Part shown: in pieces, positions 9,396-19,053 of the stretch
Position numbering within the stretch: the stretch's first letter is position 1
How the letters are laid out: every line of letters starts with the position of its first letter
Assembly: GCA_000092065.1 (NCBI GenBank)
Contig: CP000582.1
Strand: one strand, 5' to 3'
Length of the DNA: 64,000 bases
From: Ostreococcus lucimarinus
Taxonomy: Eukaryota
The notes under the pieces: generated by a model
Databases searched by the model: none
What the model was told of the DNA's origin: nothing
Seen by the model: the letters and a program-made list of their open reading frames with translations, nothing else
Made by a program: the position numbers and the translations under genes

Positions 9396-10634
9396 TCACG
9401 CGTCCGTCTTATCGGCGAGGCGAGACGCAAACGTCTCGAAATCTTCCGGTGGGTCGCGGCTGAAATCCAACGCCTCGCCCGATTGCGGATGAGTGAATCC
9501 AAGCGTGCGAGCGTGCAACATCGGTCGATCGATGGTGGACATCAACGCCTTGGCTTCTTTGACGTCGAAGACGCCGTAACGCGAGAGAGCGCTCACCGCG
9601 GCGCCGCCGCCGCCGCCGTACGTATCGTCACCGAGTATTGGATGCCCGATGTGCTTCGCGTGCACGCGTATTTGGTGTGTTCGACCGGTTTCTAAGCGCC
9701 ATTCCACTAATGACGCGTTTCCGTTCGCTAAAGTGGCGATCACTTCGTAGTTGCTCGCCGCGAAACGGCCGCCGCCCTGCGTCACCGCCATGCGAAGTCT
9801 ATCGCGAGGATCTCGCCCGATCGGTGCCTCTATTCGACCTTTACTCGGACTCGGTACCCCACTTAAAATAGCCACGTACTTCCGACGCACCACTCTCGCC
9901 GCGAATTGCTCGCATAACGAATTATGCGCCGACGCGTCCTTCGCCACGACCATCACGCCGCTCGTGCCCTTGTCCAATCTGTGCACGATTCCCGGTCGAA
10001 TCATCCCATCTCTCGCCCCCTCATCCTCATCGACGGCGTCTTCATCGTCTTCATCGTCATCGCTCAGCGCCTGATTCCCGGTCGGAACGACGAGTTCGGG
10101 TAAATCGCAGTGCCCCAACACTGCGTTTACGAGCGTTCCGCTCTCGTGCCCCGCGCTCGGATGCGTCACCATTCCCGCCGCTTTATTCACCACCAGCACG
10201 CTCTCGTCCTCGTGTACGATATCTAATTTCACCCAAGGCTCTGGTTTCGCCTCACTCGCGCGTTCACGCTCGAGTTCGCCCTCGATGACGTCTCCCGGCT
10301 TGAGCGCGCGCGACGGTTTCGACGCCGTCTTCCCATTCAGCGTCACCATTCGCGCCTTGATCGCCGCCGCGACCCGCCCTCGCGACGCGCTCGCGTCTGG
10401 CACGTTCGCCGCGACGTACGCGTCCAAACGAGACGGCTCGACGACCGCTCGATCGCGCGCCACCGTCAGCGCAAACTTGACGCCGCCGCCGCGCGCACCG
10501 TCGTCGTCGCTCGTCGCCGCGCCGCGCGTCCGCGACGGCGCGCGCGCGCCGCGACGCGACGCGCGAGACTTGACTCCGTCCCGGTGCGCGCGCGCGCCCG
10601 CGCGCGCGAGCGCGCGCGCGACGACGCGCTGCAT
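9396..10634 (-). CDS. RluA-family pseudouridine synthase (RluD-like, S4 domain + catalytic domain)
   Basis: ORF 9396..10682 starts with GTG; the first ATG is at 10634. Catalytic motifs are HRLDKGTSGVMVVAK and GRTHQIRVH. An S4-like N-terminal region and a low-complexity N-terminal presequence are present. Confidence 0.85.
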   Translation of the reverse strand: MQRVVARALARAGARAHRDGVKSRASRRGARAPSRTRGAATSDDDGARGGGVKFALTVARDRAVVEPSRLDAYVAANVPDASASRGRVAAAIKARMVTLNGKTASKPSRALKPGDVIEGELERERASEAKPEPWVKLDIVHEDESVLVVNKAAGMVTHPSAGHESGTLVNAVLGHCDLPELVVPTGNQALSDDDEDDEDAVDEDEGARDGMIRPGIVHRLDKGTSGVMVVAKDASAHNSLCEQFAARVVRRKYVAILSGVPSPSKGRIEAPIGRDPRDRLRMAVTQGGGRFAASNYEVIATLANGNASLVEWRLETGRTHQIRVHAKHIGHPILGDDTYGGGGGAAVSALSRYGVFDVKEAKALMSTIDRPMLHARTLGFTHPQSGEALDFSRDPPEDFETFASRLADKTDA

Positions 10635-10719
10635 CGACGACGACGACGACGACGACGACGGGTGCCGAAGTGCCGACCGCACTCACCGCCGCGCGCGACG
10701 CCTCCGAGCGCGACCGAGG
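10635..10719. promoter_or_regulatory. 85-bp head-to-head intergenic region containing a (GAC)8 run between the RluA and CobW starts
   Basis: The sequence gcatcgacgacgacgacgacgacgacgacgggtgcc lies between ATG 10634 (minus) and ATG 10720 (plus). Confidence 0.3.
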
Positions 10720-11739
10720 ATGTCCGCCGAGGACGCGATCGAAAAGACCCCGGTGACGATCGTCACCGGTTTCCTCGGCGCCGGGAAGACGACGCTCGTC
10801 AATCACATCTTGCGCGGACAGCACGGGTTGCAGATCGCCGTCATCGAGAATGAATTCGGCGCCGTGTCCATCGATGACGCGCTGGTCTCCGAAAATATCA
10901 AGGAGAAAGAGGATATCATAAGCATGGATAACGGATGCGTGTGCTGCACGGTGCGCGGGGACTTGGTGCGCGCGCTGTTGACGCTGAAGGATCGGGAAAA
11001 GAAGTTTGACGCCGTAATCATCGAGACGACCGGGCTCGCCGATCCGGCGCCGGTGGCGTTCACGTTCTTCATTAATCCGGAGATCGCGGAACATTATCGC
11101 ATCGATAGCATTCTGTGCCTGGCGGACGCGAAGCACGTGGCGATGCACATGGAGGAGGAGAAGCCGGATGGGGCGGTGAACGAGGCGGTGCAGCAGGTGG
11201 CGTTCGCGGATCGAATCTTGTTGAATAAGATTGATTTAGTGAACGAGGAAGAGATCGCGACGCTGGAGAAGACGATACGATCGGTGAACGCGAGCGCGGA
11301 CGTGATCAAGACGCAGAATTCGGTGGTCGATTTGGGCGTCGTGTTGGGCGTGAACTCGTTTAGCCTGGAAAAGACGCTCGAGACCGATCCGAGCTTTTTG
11401 GACGAGAACAAGGAGAACAAACACAACCTCACGGGGGTGTCGTCGGTCGGGATCGCGGTCGAAGGCGAGCTCGACTTCGCGGCGATGAACGAGTTTATGA
11501 TGAACTTGTTGCAAGCTAACGCGACGAACATGTACCGATCGAAGGGCGTGTTGTGCTTCGAGGGTCAAGGCGACGCCAAGTTTGTGTTTCAAGGCGTTCA
11601 CGAACAGATCAACTTCGGTCCGTCCGCGTCGACGTGGGCCGAGGGCGAACCACGCGTGAACCGCATGGTGTTCATCGGGCGCAACCTGGACCGCAAGGCT
11701 CTCGAAGCTGGTTTCCGAGGATGTTTGGCGACCAAGTAG
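10720..11739 (+). CDS. CobW/COG0523-family metal-chaperone GTPase (ZNG1-like)
   Basis: Real ATG at 10720 (MSAEDAIEKTPVTIVTGFLGAGKTT, P-loop). The metal-binding GCVCCT motif, IIETTGLADP and the CobW C-terminal domain are present. Upstream ORF extension to 10285 overlaps the RluA gene and is not coding. Confidence 0.85.
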   Translation: MSAEDAIEKTPVTIVTGFLGAGKTTLVNHILRGQHGLQIAVIENEFGAVSIDDALVSENIKEKEDIISMDNGCVCCTVRGDLVRALLTLKDREKKFDAVIIETTGLADPAPVAFTFFINPEIAEHYRIDSILCLADAKHVAMHMEEEKPDGAVNEAVQQVAFADRILLNKIDLVNEEEIATLEKTIRSVNASADVIKTQNSVVDLGVVLGVNSFSLEKTLETDPSFLDENKENKHNLTGVSSVGIAVEGELDFAAMNEFMMNLLQANATNMYRSKGVLCFEGQGDAKFVFQGVHEQINFGPSASTWAEGEPRVNRMVFIGRNLDRKALEAGFRGCLATK

Positions 11740-12096
11740 AGCGACGACACACATTTCGCATATTTTTCAAAGTCTCCGAACGCGGGTCGAAGGGCGCGAT
11801 GAATCAGGAGGTGAATCTAACTTTCATAAATGCACGACATCATAAGGATCGAACGAACGAACGAACGACGAAAGGAAATTTTAATACATTACAACCGTTG
11901 CTTAGCGCGCGCTCGATCTCGGCTCGTCTCGGCGCCGCGCCGCGGGAAAGCACGTCACTTCGCACCTCGTGAGACGCCGTCGTCGATCGACGCGCGCATC
12001 TTGAAACGCATACTCCGGCGTATTTAGTCGCGCTCGAAACGCCCCGTTCGCTCGTTCGTCCGGTCTTATTCTACCTTCTCGTCGCGCGCTCAAACC

Positions 12097-13824
12097 ATGC
12101 CCCGGCGCCGAGTTGGCTTTCTCGCCGTGGCGTTGGCTTTCTCGGCGAGCATCGCATCCCGCGCGCATGCGCGCGCGCTCGAGGCGTTGGCTTCGTCAAC
12201 TTGCGTGTCCTGCGCTTGGTCATCGGCGCTCGAGAGCATGGACGTCGCTGCGCCGAGAGATGTGCTGGACGCGGTGAAACGCGCCGAACGAGAATTGGCG
12301 GCGTGCGGCCTCGGCGGCTTTCTTGACCGCCTCTTTGAGCTCGGAGGTGCGAACGTGTCGATGGATGTAGCCCATGCGTACACTGCGAGTCAGGAGTTCT
12401 GCTCTGGGACATCCGAAATCCAAAAGGAGATGCGCACGAGGGCGTTGGTGGCGGCGAAACGGGCTAGAATTCTCATCGACTTTATAGCCCTGCATGCGCG
12501 GGCCTGTTCCGCACCCATCTTCAAGCTTTCGAGAGAGGACGACGCGAGTGCGGTTGAGTTATTGCGTGAGATGATGAGTGAGTCATATCGCGTTATTTCT
12601 TCCGGGCTGTGCTACGAGGACACAACGAGGTTAACGTCGTCGATCCAGGGCGTGATCGACACGAGACGCCTCGCGCAAAGCGCCAGACGGTCGCTTCTAG
12701 AAGATCTCGATCGCTCGGGGTTGAGGTACATGGAGGACGCGTTCTACAACGAAACAGTCGCGCGAGATATGATATCGGCTTTTGCGGCGTACGATATCTG
12801 CCGGAGCACTGGGAGATGGAAGTCGACGGTGTCGGACAGCATGTTTGACGCGATGCGAGCGCATTACACGAGCCTAGATTTCATATTGACAGGCTTGAGC
12901 GGTGTGGAGTCGAACAACACCAGTGGCGCTCGCACTTTTGCGTTTCTGGTCAACGCAGCGTACGATGTGTTGAGAAGTGCCGAGGCTTGTCGAGAAGCGA
13001 AAAACATACTACCTGGGCGGTACTTCGTTTCGAATGTATTCGATGCCATCATGGCGGAGCTCTCGCTCGAATGCGGCTTGCTCTCGACTGGATTACACTT
13101 TCTCGATGTGTACAGTCGCGGACACGGAAGTTTACTTCTATCTTTGGAGATTAATGAGATATCTCGTCACATCGCGCTCTGCGAAGCCGGAAACACGACG
13201 GCAAAGACTTCGATGTTTGGCCTGAACGAGCGCGCGCTGGTGGAGCTGATCGGCGGGTTGGAAATCATCGACGCGTCCATGGTGGGATGCCGTCGAGGCC
13301 GCGACGATAGCACGGCGGCCAGCAGGCTCGCGCAATCGTTGCTACACGCGCTTAGGACATTTCGCGAACGACGTTGTTTCTTCACCGCCACCACTGGAGA
13401 AGCGTCCGTCGCGGCGGCGGTGTCCATTCCAGAGTATTCCGCGTTTTATTCGGCAACGCCGACGAACGAGGTCATCAAGGTACACGCCAAGCCCACGCTC
13501 GCGTCGGCGATTCTTTCCGCCACGATGACGACTGTTTTTGTCTTCTTGGTGGCATTTCTGCTGGCGATCGCCTACTGGACGTTCCCACGCGCGAAACTCA
13601 GACGGAATTCCAGCAGACGATACGAGCATTTTACATTCGCCGCCGTCGACGAGAACAAGGCGGCCCGCCAATCCACGAGCGACCGCCACCCCCCGGGATC
13701 TCTCGAGCGCTTACAACGAACGACGACGACTCCAACGCGAACGCGCAGAAGATCGTTCTGCGCCAGCGAAACGTCCACCGTCGCACGGACGAAATCGCTC
13801 GATCCGTATCTTCACTTTTCGTGA
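12097..13824 (+). CDS. hypothetical secreted/type-I membrane protein (signal peptide + one C-terminal TM)
   Basis: ATG at 12097. N-terminus MPRRRVGFLAVALAFSASIASRAHA is signal-peptide-like. Composition of the 575 aa is non-repetitive, with a hydrophobic stretch TMTTVFVFLVAFLLAIAYW near the C-terminus. No family recognised. Could still be a chance ORF in GC-rich DNA. Confidence 0.4.
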   Translation: MPRRRVGFLAVALAFSASIASRAHARALEALASSTCVSCAWSSALESMDVAAPRDVLDAVKRAERELAACGLGGFLDRLFELGGANVSMDVAHAYTASQEFCSGTSEIQKEMRTRALVAAKRARILIDFIALHARACSAPIFKLSREDDASAVELLREMMSESYRVISSGLCYEDTTRLTSSIQGVIDTRRLAQSARRSLLEDLDRSGLRYMEDAFYNETVARDMISAFAAYDICRSTGRWKSTVSDSMFDAMRAHYTSLDFILTGLSGVESNNTSGARTFAFLVNAAYDVLRSAEACREAKNILPGRYFVSNVFDAIMAELSLECGLLSTGLHFLDVYSRGHGSLLLSLEINEISRHIALCEAGNTTAKTSMFGLNERALVELIGGLEIIDASMVGCRRGRDDSTAASRLAQSLLHALRTFRERRCFFTATTGEASVAAAVSIPEYSAFYSATPTNEVIKVHAKPTLASAILSATMTTVFVFLVAFLLAIAYWTFPRAKLRRNSSRRYEHFTFAAVDENKAARQSTSDRHPPGSLERLQRTTTTPTRTRRRSFCASETSTVARTKSLDPYLHFS

Positions 13825-14432
13825 CGGCCCGACGCCGCCAACCTCGACTCGTCTTTACCGCACGCCTCAAGATTCAATCGACGCATCTCTATCGCACGCC
13901 TCAAGATTCAATCGATCGTTCACCACTTTTCAACGCCTCCAATCGCTCTTTATTCCTCTTCGCCAGTCTTCGCAGCGCCGTCTCGCGTTCGCGTTCGCTC
14001 AGCGCGGTCCAGTTGCTGATTCTACTCATCGTCCCATCCACGCCGACGACGATCGGTCCTAAACCATCGAGCGCGACGCGCGCGCCCGTTTGCACGTCCA
14101 GCTTCGTCGCATCGGCGTCGTTCGCGCTCGGAGCCGCGAGCGCCGGTGGCGCGTCGTCGGCGCCAGCCATCGTCAGAGCGCGTCGCGCAATGGACGGTCG
14201 ACCGTCCTCGTTCGACGCTCTCGCGGCGCGACGGCGCGACGCGATCGACGCGGCGTCGTCGTCGAGCGCGCGCGCGGGCGCGGCGGCGCCGAGCGCGGGC
14301 GAGGACGACGCGGCGACCGCGCGAACGTCGACGCTCGGTGATGTCTTGCGGTTGCCGCGCGCGAGCGACGACGCGGACGCGCGCGTCGTCGAGCGCGCGT
14401 TCGGGGGAGCGTCGAGACGACAGAGGGAGGAG

Positions 14433-16940
14433 ATGAGCGCGCGCGCGCGCGCGCGAGCGCCGATGCGGTTCAGGGTGGGGACGACGATGGGACGCGCGGA
14501 CGCGACGTTTGAGTGCGCGCGCGCGGACGCCTGGGAATGCGCGACGGTCGCGCGCGATGGCGACGGACGGATGGATGATGGCTATGATGGATGGATTAAA
14601 GGCGATGGGATCGGTCCGAGGGTCGGGCGCGCGCTGTGGGCGCGGCGAGCGGACGCGAACGCGTTCGCCGCGGCGTTGTGCTTGCAAGTGGCGTTTCCAG
14701 AGACCATGACGAAAGTCAATGGATTCGGCGCGGCGTTGGGCTTGGTGAGAATGACGTTGAAGAACACCGAGCAGGCGCCAAGTCTGGGACCGTTGGACGC
14801 GCCCGTGGTCGCGAGAGCGACGCGGGTGGCGTTGGCGACGAGAGCGTTGACGACGAGCGCGAGGATGTTGTGTCCAACGCTACACGCTCACGCCACCGCC
14901 GCGTCGGCGTTAATGAGCGTCAAGGTGTTGTTTAAGCAGCCTCCTTTGCGTGCGGGCATCGCACGGGCGATCAAAGGGACGAAAGGTGAGATGAGCGAGG
15001 CGGAGCGAATAGCGCTGTGGCACACGCGATATCGCTGGGCGGCGCTTCGATTGGTGAAACACATCCCGAGTGACCCCGTGCGCGCGATCGACACGGCTCC
15101 GCTCATGGGATTGATGGCTTTCGTGCAAGGCGTGTCAATGCGTGTTGGAAGCATGAACCTCTCGGAGGGTGGCCCAAACGGCTCGTTCTCGATGAGCTTC
15201 CCGGCGTCTTGGAATCAAGCCAAACGAGCGAAAAGGAAGAGTGCGTTTGGCTCGAAGCGCGCGATTGCGGCTGAAGCGAAAATCCATCCCATTGATATCC
15301 TCAATATCGCGCAGATATCCATGCGTGGTGCGCGAGGACAACGTCGCATCGCGGCGCCGGAACGAGAGGCAGATGCTTTGGAGCACTCGCCGCCAGCCGC
15401 GGAGGAAGGCGCCGGTAGCTCTTCCGATGTCTATACCGGCGGTGACGTCTCAGAGGATCGAAACGTCGACATCGTGGACGACGATGCGAACATTTGGCAG
15501 GACAGGCAACTCGCCACCGCGTCTTGGGCTACTCAAGGTTTTTCCATCGCTCTTTTAATTCGCGCGACGTACCTGTTTGTCACGTGGCTCCCCGTGCTCA
15601 CGTTTGCCGTACCTTTGTTACTTCTGAGCCAGGGTGCACCTGGACCGTTGAGCGCGAGCATGCGAAAGCGCGCGTGGGCCACCATGCACAGCGCGATTGC
15701 ACTGTGCGGTGCGGCGTTCATCAAGTGGGCGCAGTGGGCGAGCACGCGTGAGGACGTCTTCCCGAAGGACCTGTGTCATCAGCTCGAACAACTTCATGAC
15801 GATGCCCCACAGCACTCGTACGGGCAAACGTTACGTATTTTGGCGAACGAGTTTGGTTTTGATCCGAGATTGGTTTTTGCGCAGTTTCCACGGAAGCCCA
15901 TGGCGTCGGGTTCGGTTGCTCAAGTGTACAAGGCGCGTTTGCGCAAGGAAGTCGCCGCGGTGTGCTCGGCGCTCGCTCAACCTCGCAAGCTCGATTTGAA
16001 CGAGGATGGCACCATGGACGTCGCGGTGAAAGTGCGGCATCCCAACGTGGCGAAACGAATTTTTCTGGATTTTCAAATCTTGCGCGCGATAGCGGGGATT
16101 GCAGACGCGTTACCCGCGCTGAAGGGTATGCAGCTGAAGAATACGCTCGGACAGTTCAGTCACACCATGACGGCGCAGACAGACTTACGCAACGAGGCCG
16201 ATCACTTGTTGAAATTTACGCACAACATGAAGAGTGAGGTGCAGATACGAGCACCCCGCCCTGTGCCAGGTTTCGTCACGGAGGCAGTGCTGGTGGAGAC
16301 CTTTGTCAAGGGCGACGGGTTGGGCAGCGCCATCAAACATAAAACTTCTCGAAACTCTGAGCTTTGCTCACTTGGCGTTCACGCATACTTGCTCATGCTT
16401 CTACGCGACAACTTCATCCACCAAGATTTACATCCAGGAAATATTCTGTACAGCGTCGAGAACGGCCAGTCGAGTGTCGACTCAGAAACAGCGGGGATCG
16501 TGAAACTTGAGTTGATTGATTTCGGCATCGCAGACGAACTCCCGAAAGCCGTGAGGAATAAGTTTCTCGGATTTTTGTGCTTCTTACTGCGAGGCGAGGG
16601 AGAAAAGGCGGCCGACGTCGCACTGACGTGGGATGCCAAACAAACGTGCACCGATCGCGTGGCGCTTCGGCGTGACATGGCGCGACTCGTTTCGAGCCAA
16701 GGAGACGTGTACACGCAGCGCGTCGATTTGGATGGACTGTTGAAGGAGATCATGCAGCTTTTCCGCAAGCACGGCGTGAGCATCGACGGCATATATGCCT
16801 CGCTCGTCGTATCTCTCTGCGTTTTGGTGGGATTCGCGACGAGCCTCGACCCAGAAATCAATTTGTTCGAAGTCGCCGCGCCATCCGTCATGGCGTTCGC
16901 GCTCACCGGAGACGTCGTCGGGCGTTTGTTCAAAGGCTGA
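14433..16940 (+). CDS. ABC1/UbiB-family atypical kinase (aarF domain-containing), start codon uncertain
   Basis: The C-terminal ~500 aa carry ADCK motifs: AAFIKWAQWASTREDVFP, ASGSVAQVYKA, VAVKVRHPNVAKR, NEADHLLKF, HQDLHPGNIL and IDFGIADE. The ORF is open from 13374, but 13374-14430 translates to low-complexity junk and overlaps the 12097..13824 ORF. The first in-frame ATG after that is at 14433. Confidence 0.7.
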   Translation: MSARARARAPMRFRVGTTMGRADATFECARADAWECATVARDGDGRMDDGYDGWIKGDGIGPRVGRALWARRADANAFAAALCLQVAFPETMTKVNGFGAALGLVRMTLKNTEQAPSLGPLDAPVVARATRVALATRALTTSARMLCPTLHAHATAASALMSVKVLFKQPPLRAGIARAIKGTKGEMSEAERIALWHTRYRWAALRLVKHIPSDPVRAIDTAPLMGLMAFVQGVSMRVGSMNLSEGGPNGSFSMSFPASWNQAKRAKRKSAFGSKRAIAAEAKIHPIDILNIAQISMRGARGQRRIAAPEREADALEHSPPAAEEGAGSSSDVYTGGDVSEDRNVDIVDDDANIWQDRQLATASWATQGFSIALLIRATYLFVTWLPVLTFAVPLLLLSQGAPGPLSASMRKRAWATMHSAIALCGAAFIKWAQWASTREDVFPKDLCHQLEQLHDDAPQHSYGQTLRILANEFGFDPRLVFAQFPRKPMASGSVAQVYKARLRKEVAAVCSALAQPRKLDLNEDGTMDVAVKVRHPNVAKRIFLDFQILRAIAGIADALPALKGMQLKNTLGQFSHTMTAQTDLRNEADHLLKFTHNMKSEVQIRAPRPVPGFVTEAVLVETFVKGDGLGSAIKHKTSRNSELCSLGVHAYLLMLLRDNFIHQDLHPGNILYSVENGQSSVDSETAGIVKLELIDFGIADELPKAVRNKFLGFLCFLLRGEGEKAADVALTWDAKQTCTDRVALRRDMARLVSSQGDVYTQRVDLDGLLKEIMQLFRKHGVSIDGIYASLVVSLCVLVGFATSLDPEINLFEVAAPSVMAFALTGDVVGRLFKG

Positions 16941-17027
16941 CGATTAGATTAGTTTTAGAATAGCGCAGATTTTAATGTAGAACTTAGTAGTAGTTTGGTT
17001 TATTCGAGGACAACGTGCTGCTACGAA

Positions 17028-18557
17028 TTAAACTTCGAGCATCATTCTACGCGGGTCTTCAACAGACTCCTTAATCGACTTCAAAAATGTCACGGCTTCG
17101 CGACCGTCGACGAGGCGATGATCGTACGTCAACGCCACGTTCATCATCGGGCGCGCGACGATGGCGCGGTCGGCACCGACGCACACCGGACGCCAGACGA
17201 TTGAATGCATGCCCAAAATGGCGCTTTGCGGCGGGTTGATGATGGGAGTGCCCGTCAACGATCCAAACACGCCGCCGTTTGAAATCGTAAAAGTACCGCC
17301 CGCCATTTCGTCGATGGACAGCGTTCCATCGCGAGCCTTCTTACCGTACGACGCGATGGAGCTTTCCACGTCGGCGAAATTCATGCCTTCGCAGCTTCTC
17401 AACACCGGTACCACCAAACCCTTGGGCGCGCTCACCGCGACGGATATGTCAACGTAGTTTCTATACACGATTTCGTCGCCGTCGATGATGGCGTTCACCG
17501 AGGGCTCTTCCTGAAGCGCCTTCGCCGCCGCCTTGACAAAGGTACTCATGAAACCTAGCTTGACGCCGTGTTTTTCTAAGAATGCATCCTTGTACTCCGC
17601 GCGCATTTGCATCACGTTCGTCATGTCGATTTCGTTGAACGTGGTGAGCATCGCGTACGTGTTTTGCGAGCTCTTCAACCGCTCCGCGACGCGCAAGCGC
17701 AAGCGCGACATGGGCACGCGCGTCTCGGCGCGAGCGCCCGACGTGACTTTCGGCGCCGCCGGCGCGGGCGATGGCGCAGCGGTCGCTTTCGGCGCTTCCT
17801 TGGCCGGCGTCGCCGCGGCCATCGCCGCGGCCGCTGGCGCGGCCGAAGCTTGTTTCTCCGGCCCCGCCCCCGGAGCGAGCGTCGCCACCTTTTGACCGAC
17901 GGAGACGGTGTCGCCCTCCTTCGCGAGCACGTCCGTCACCGTCCCGCTCGTCGACGCGCGAACGTCTATGGTGACTTTATCCGTTTCAATTTGCGCGATC
18001 ACTTCGTCCATCGCCACCTTTTGACCCGGTTTCACGAGCAAAGCCGCGACGCTCCCCTCCGTGATGGAGTCGCCCATCGAAGGCACCTCAACGCTCACCG
18101 GCGCGCCGCTCGCCGCCTCCGCCTTGGGCGCCGCCGCGCCGCCCTTCCCCCCCTTTTTCCCGCCGACGCCCGGCGCGAACGCCATCACCGCTTGCCCCAC
18201 GTTCACCGTATCCCCCACCTTCGCGTCCACGCGCGTCACCGTCCCCCCGCTCGGCGCCCGCACGTCGATCGTCACCTTGTCCGTCTCGATTTGCGCCACC
18301 GTCTCATCCGTCGCCACCTCGTCCCCGACCGCCTTCGTCACGCTCGCCACCGCGCCCTCCGAGATCGAATCCCCCATCGACGGCACCGCGATCGTCTCCT
18401 CTCGCGTCGCCGTCCCGCCCTTGTGCCTTCGAATCATCGTCATCGCGTCGAATCCTCCGTCGCCGATCATCGCGCGCGCGCGCGCCCTCGTCGTCGCGTT
18501 CGCCGTCTCCGTCTCGTTCGCGCCGTCGCGCGTCGTTCCCGTCGTCGCGCGTCCCAT
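17028..18557 (-). CDS. dihydrolipoamide succinyltransferase (E2 of 2-oxoglutarate dehydrogenase, SucB-like) with two tandem lipoyl domains
   Basis: ATG at 18557. Two lipoyl-lysine motifs are present ([13 protein letters not shown] and [13 protein letters not shown]). The catalytic domain is near-identical in pattern to SucB ([34 protein letters not shown] ... [12 protein letters not shown]). Mitochondrial-type N-terminal presequence. Confidence 0.9.
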   Translation of the reverse strand: MGRATTGTTRDGANETETANATTRARARAMIGDGGFDAMTMIRRHKGGTATREETIAVPSMGDSISEGAVASVTKAVGDEVATDETVAQIETDKVTIDVRAPSGGTVTRVDAKVGDTVNVGQAVMAFAPGVGGKKGGKGGAAAPKAEAASGAPVSVEVPSMGDSITEGSVAALLVKPGQKVAMDEVIAQIETDKVTIDVRASTSGTVTDVLAKEGDTVSVGQKVATLAPGAGPEKQASAAPAAAAMAAATPAKEAPKATAAPSPAPAAPKVTSGARAETRVPMSRLRLRVAERLKSSQNTYAMLTTFNEIDMTNVMQMRAEYKDAFLEKHGVKLGFMSTFVKAAAKALQEEPSVNAIIDGDEIVYRNYVDISVAVSAPKGLVVPVLRSCEGMNFADVESSIASYGKKARDGTLSIDEMAGGTFTISNGGVFGSLTGTPIINPPQSAILGMHSIVWRPVCVGADRAIVARPMMNVALTYDHRLVDGREAVTFLKSIKESVEDPRRMMLEV

Positions 18558-19053
18558 CGTTCGCGTCGCGTAGTGCGAGCGCTGGATACACTGGCGTCAT
18601 TCGCGCGTCGTCGATTCGTCAGTCCTCGTCGCGTCGTCGTCCGCTCGTTCGCCGAATCGCGTCGCGCGCGATCGCATCGCATTTAATCCAATCCGAATTC
18701 GAATCGAATCGCGCGCTCGAATCGCGTCGCGCGCGACGTCGCGCGTCGTCGCGCGTCGATCGTTCGCGCCCTCGCGTCGCGTCGCGCGCGCACCGTTCGA
18801 CGCGCGATCGCGTCGCGCGCGATCGCGCCGAGTCGTCGTCGCATCGCGTCGCGCTTTGGCAACGGTCGAGTCGCGGACCGACGGACGGCCGGGGACGGTC
18901 CGTGTGTCGCCTTCGCGGCGCCGCGTTCGGCGACGGCGCGTCGGCAAAACGCGCGGGACTCGACGACGACACAGGGCGTCGACTCGAGTCGCACCGCAAA
19001 GGCGCGCAGTGGTGCGACTCGTAACGCGACGGCGCCGCGAAGGCGCGAGAGAG

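Noticed and set aside
13374-14432. N-terminal 353 codons of the 1188-aa ORF 13374..16940
   Set aside because: The translation is repetitive junk and overlaps the preceding same-strand ORF. Only the region from about 14433 onward is supported as ABC1 kinase.
14022-14687. Minus ORF 221 aa and several plus ORFs (14090..14341, 14146..14436, 14509..14709)
   Set aside because: Arg-rich compositional ORFs in GC-rich DNA upstream of, or antisense to, the ABC1 kinase gene.
17028-18557. Calling the E2 gene pyruvate dehydrogenase E2 because it has two lipoyl domains
   Set aside because: The catalytic domain matches the SucB (E2o) pattern ([12 protein letters not shown]...[14 protein letters not shown]) far better than the AceF/E2p pattern.
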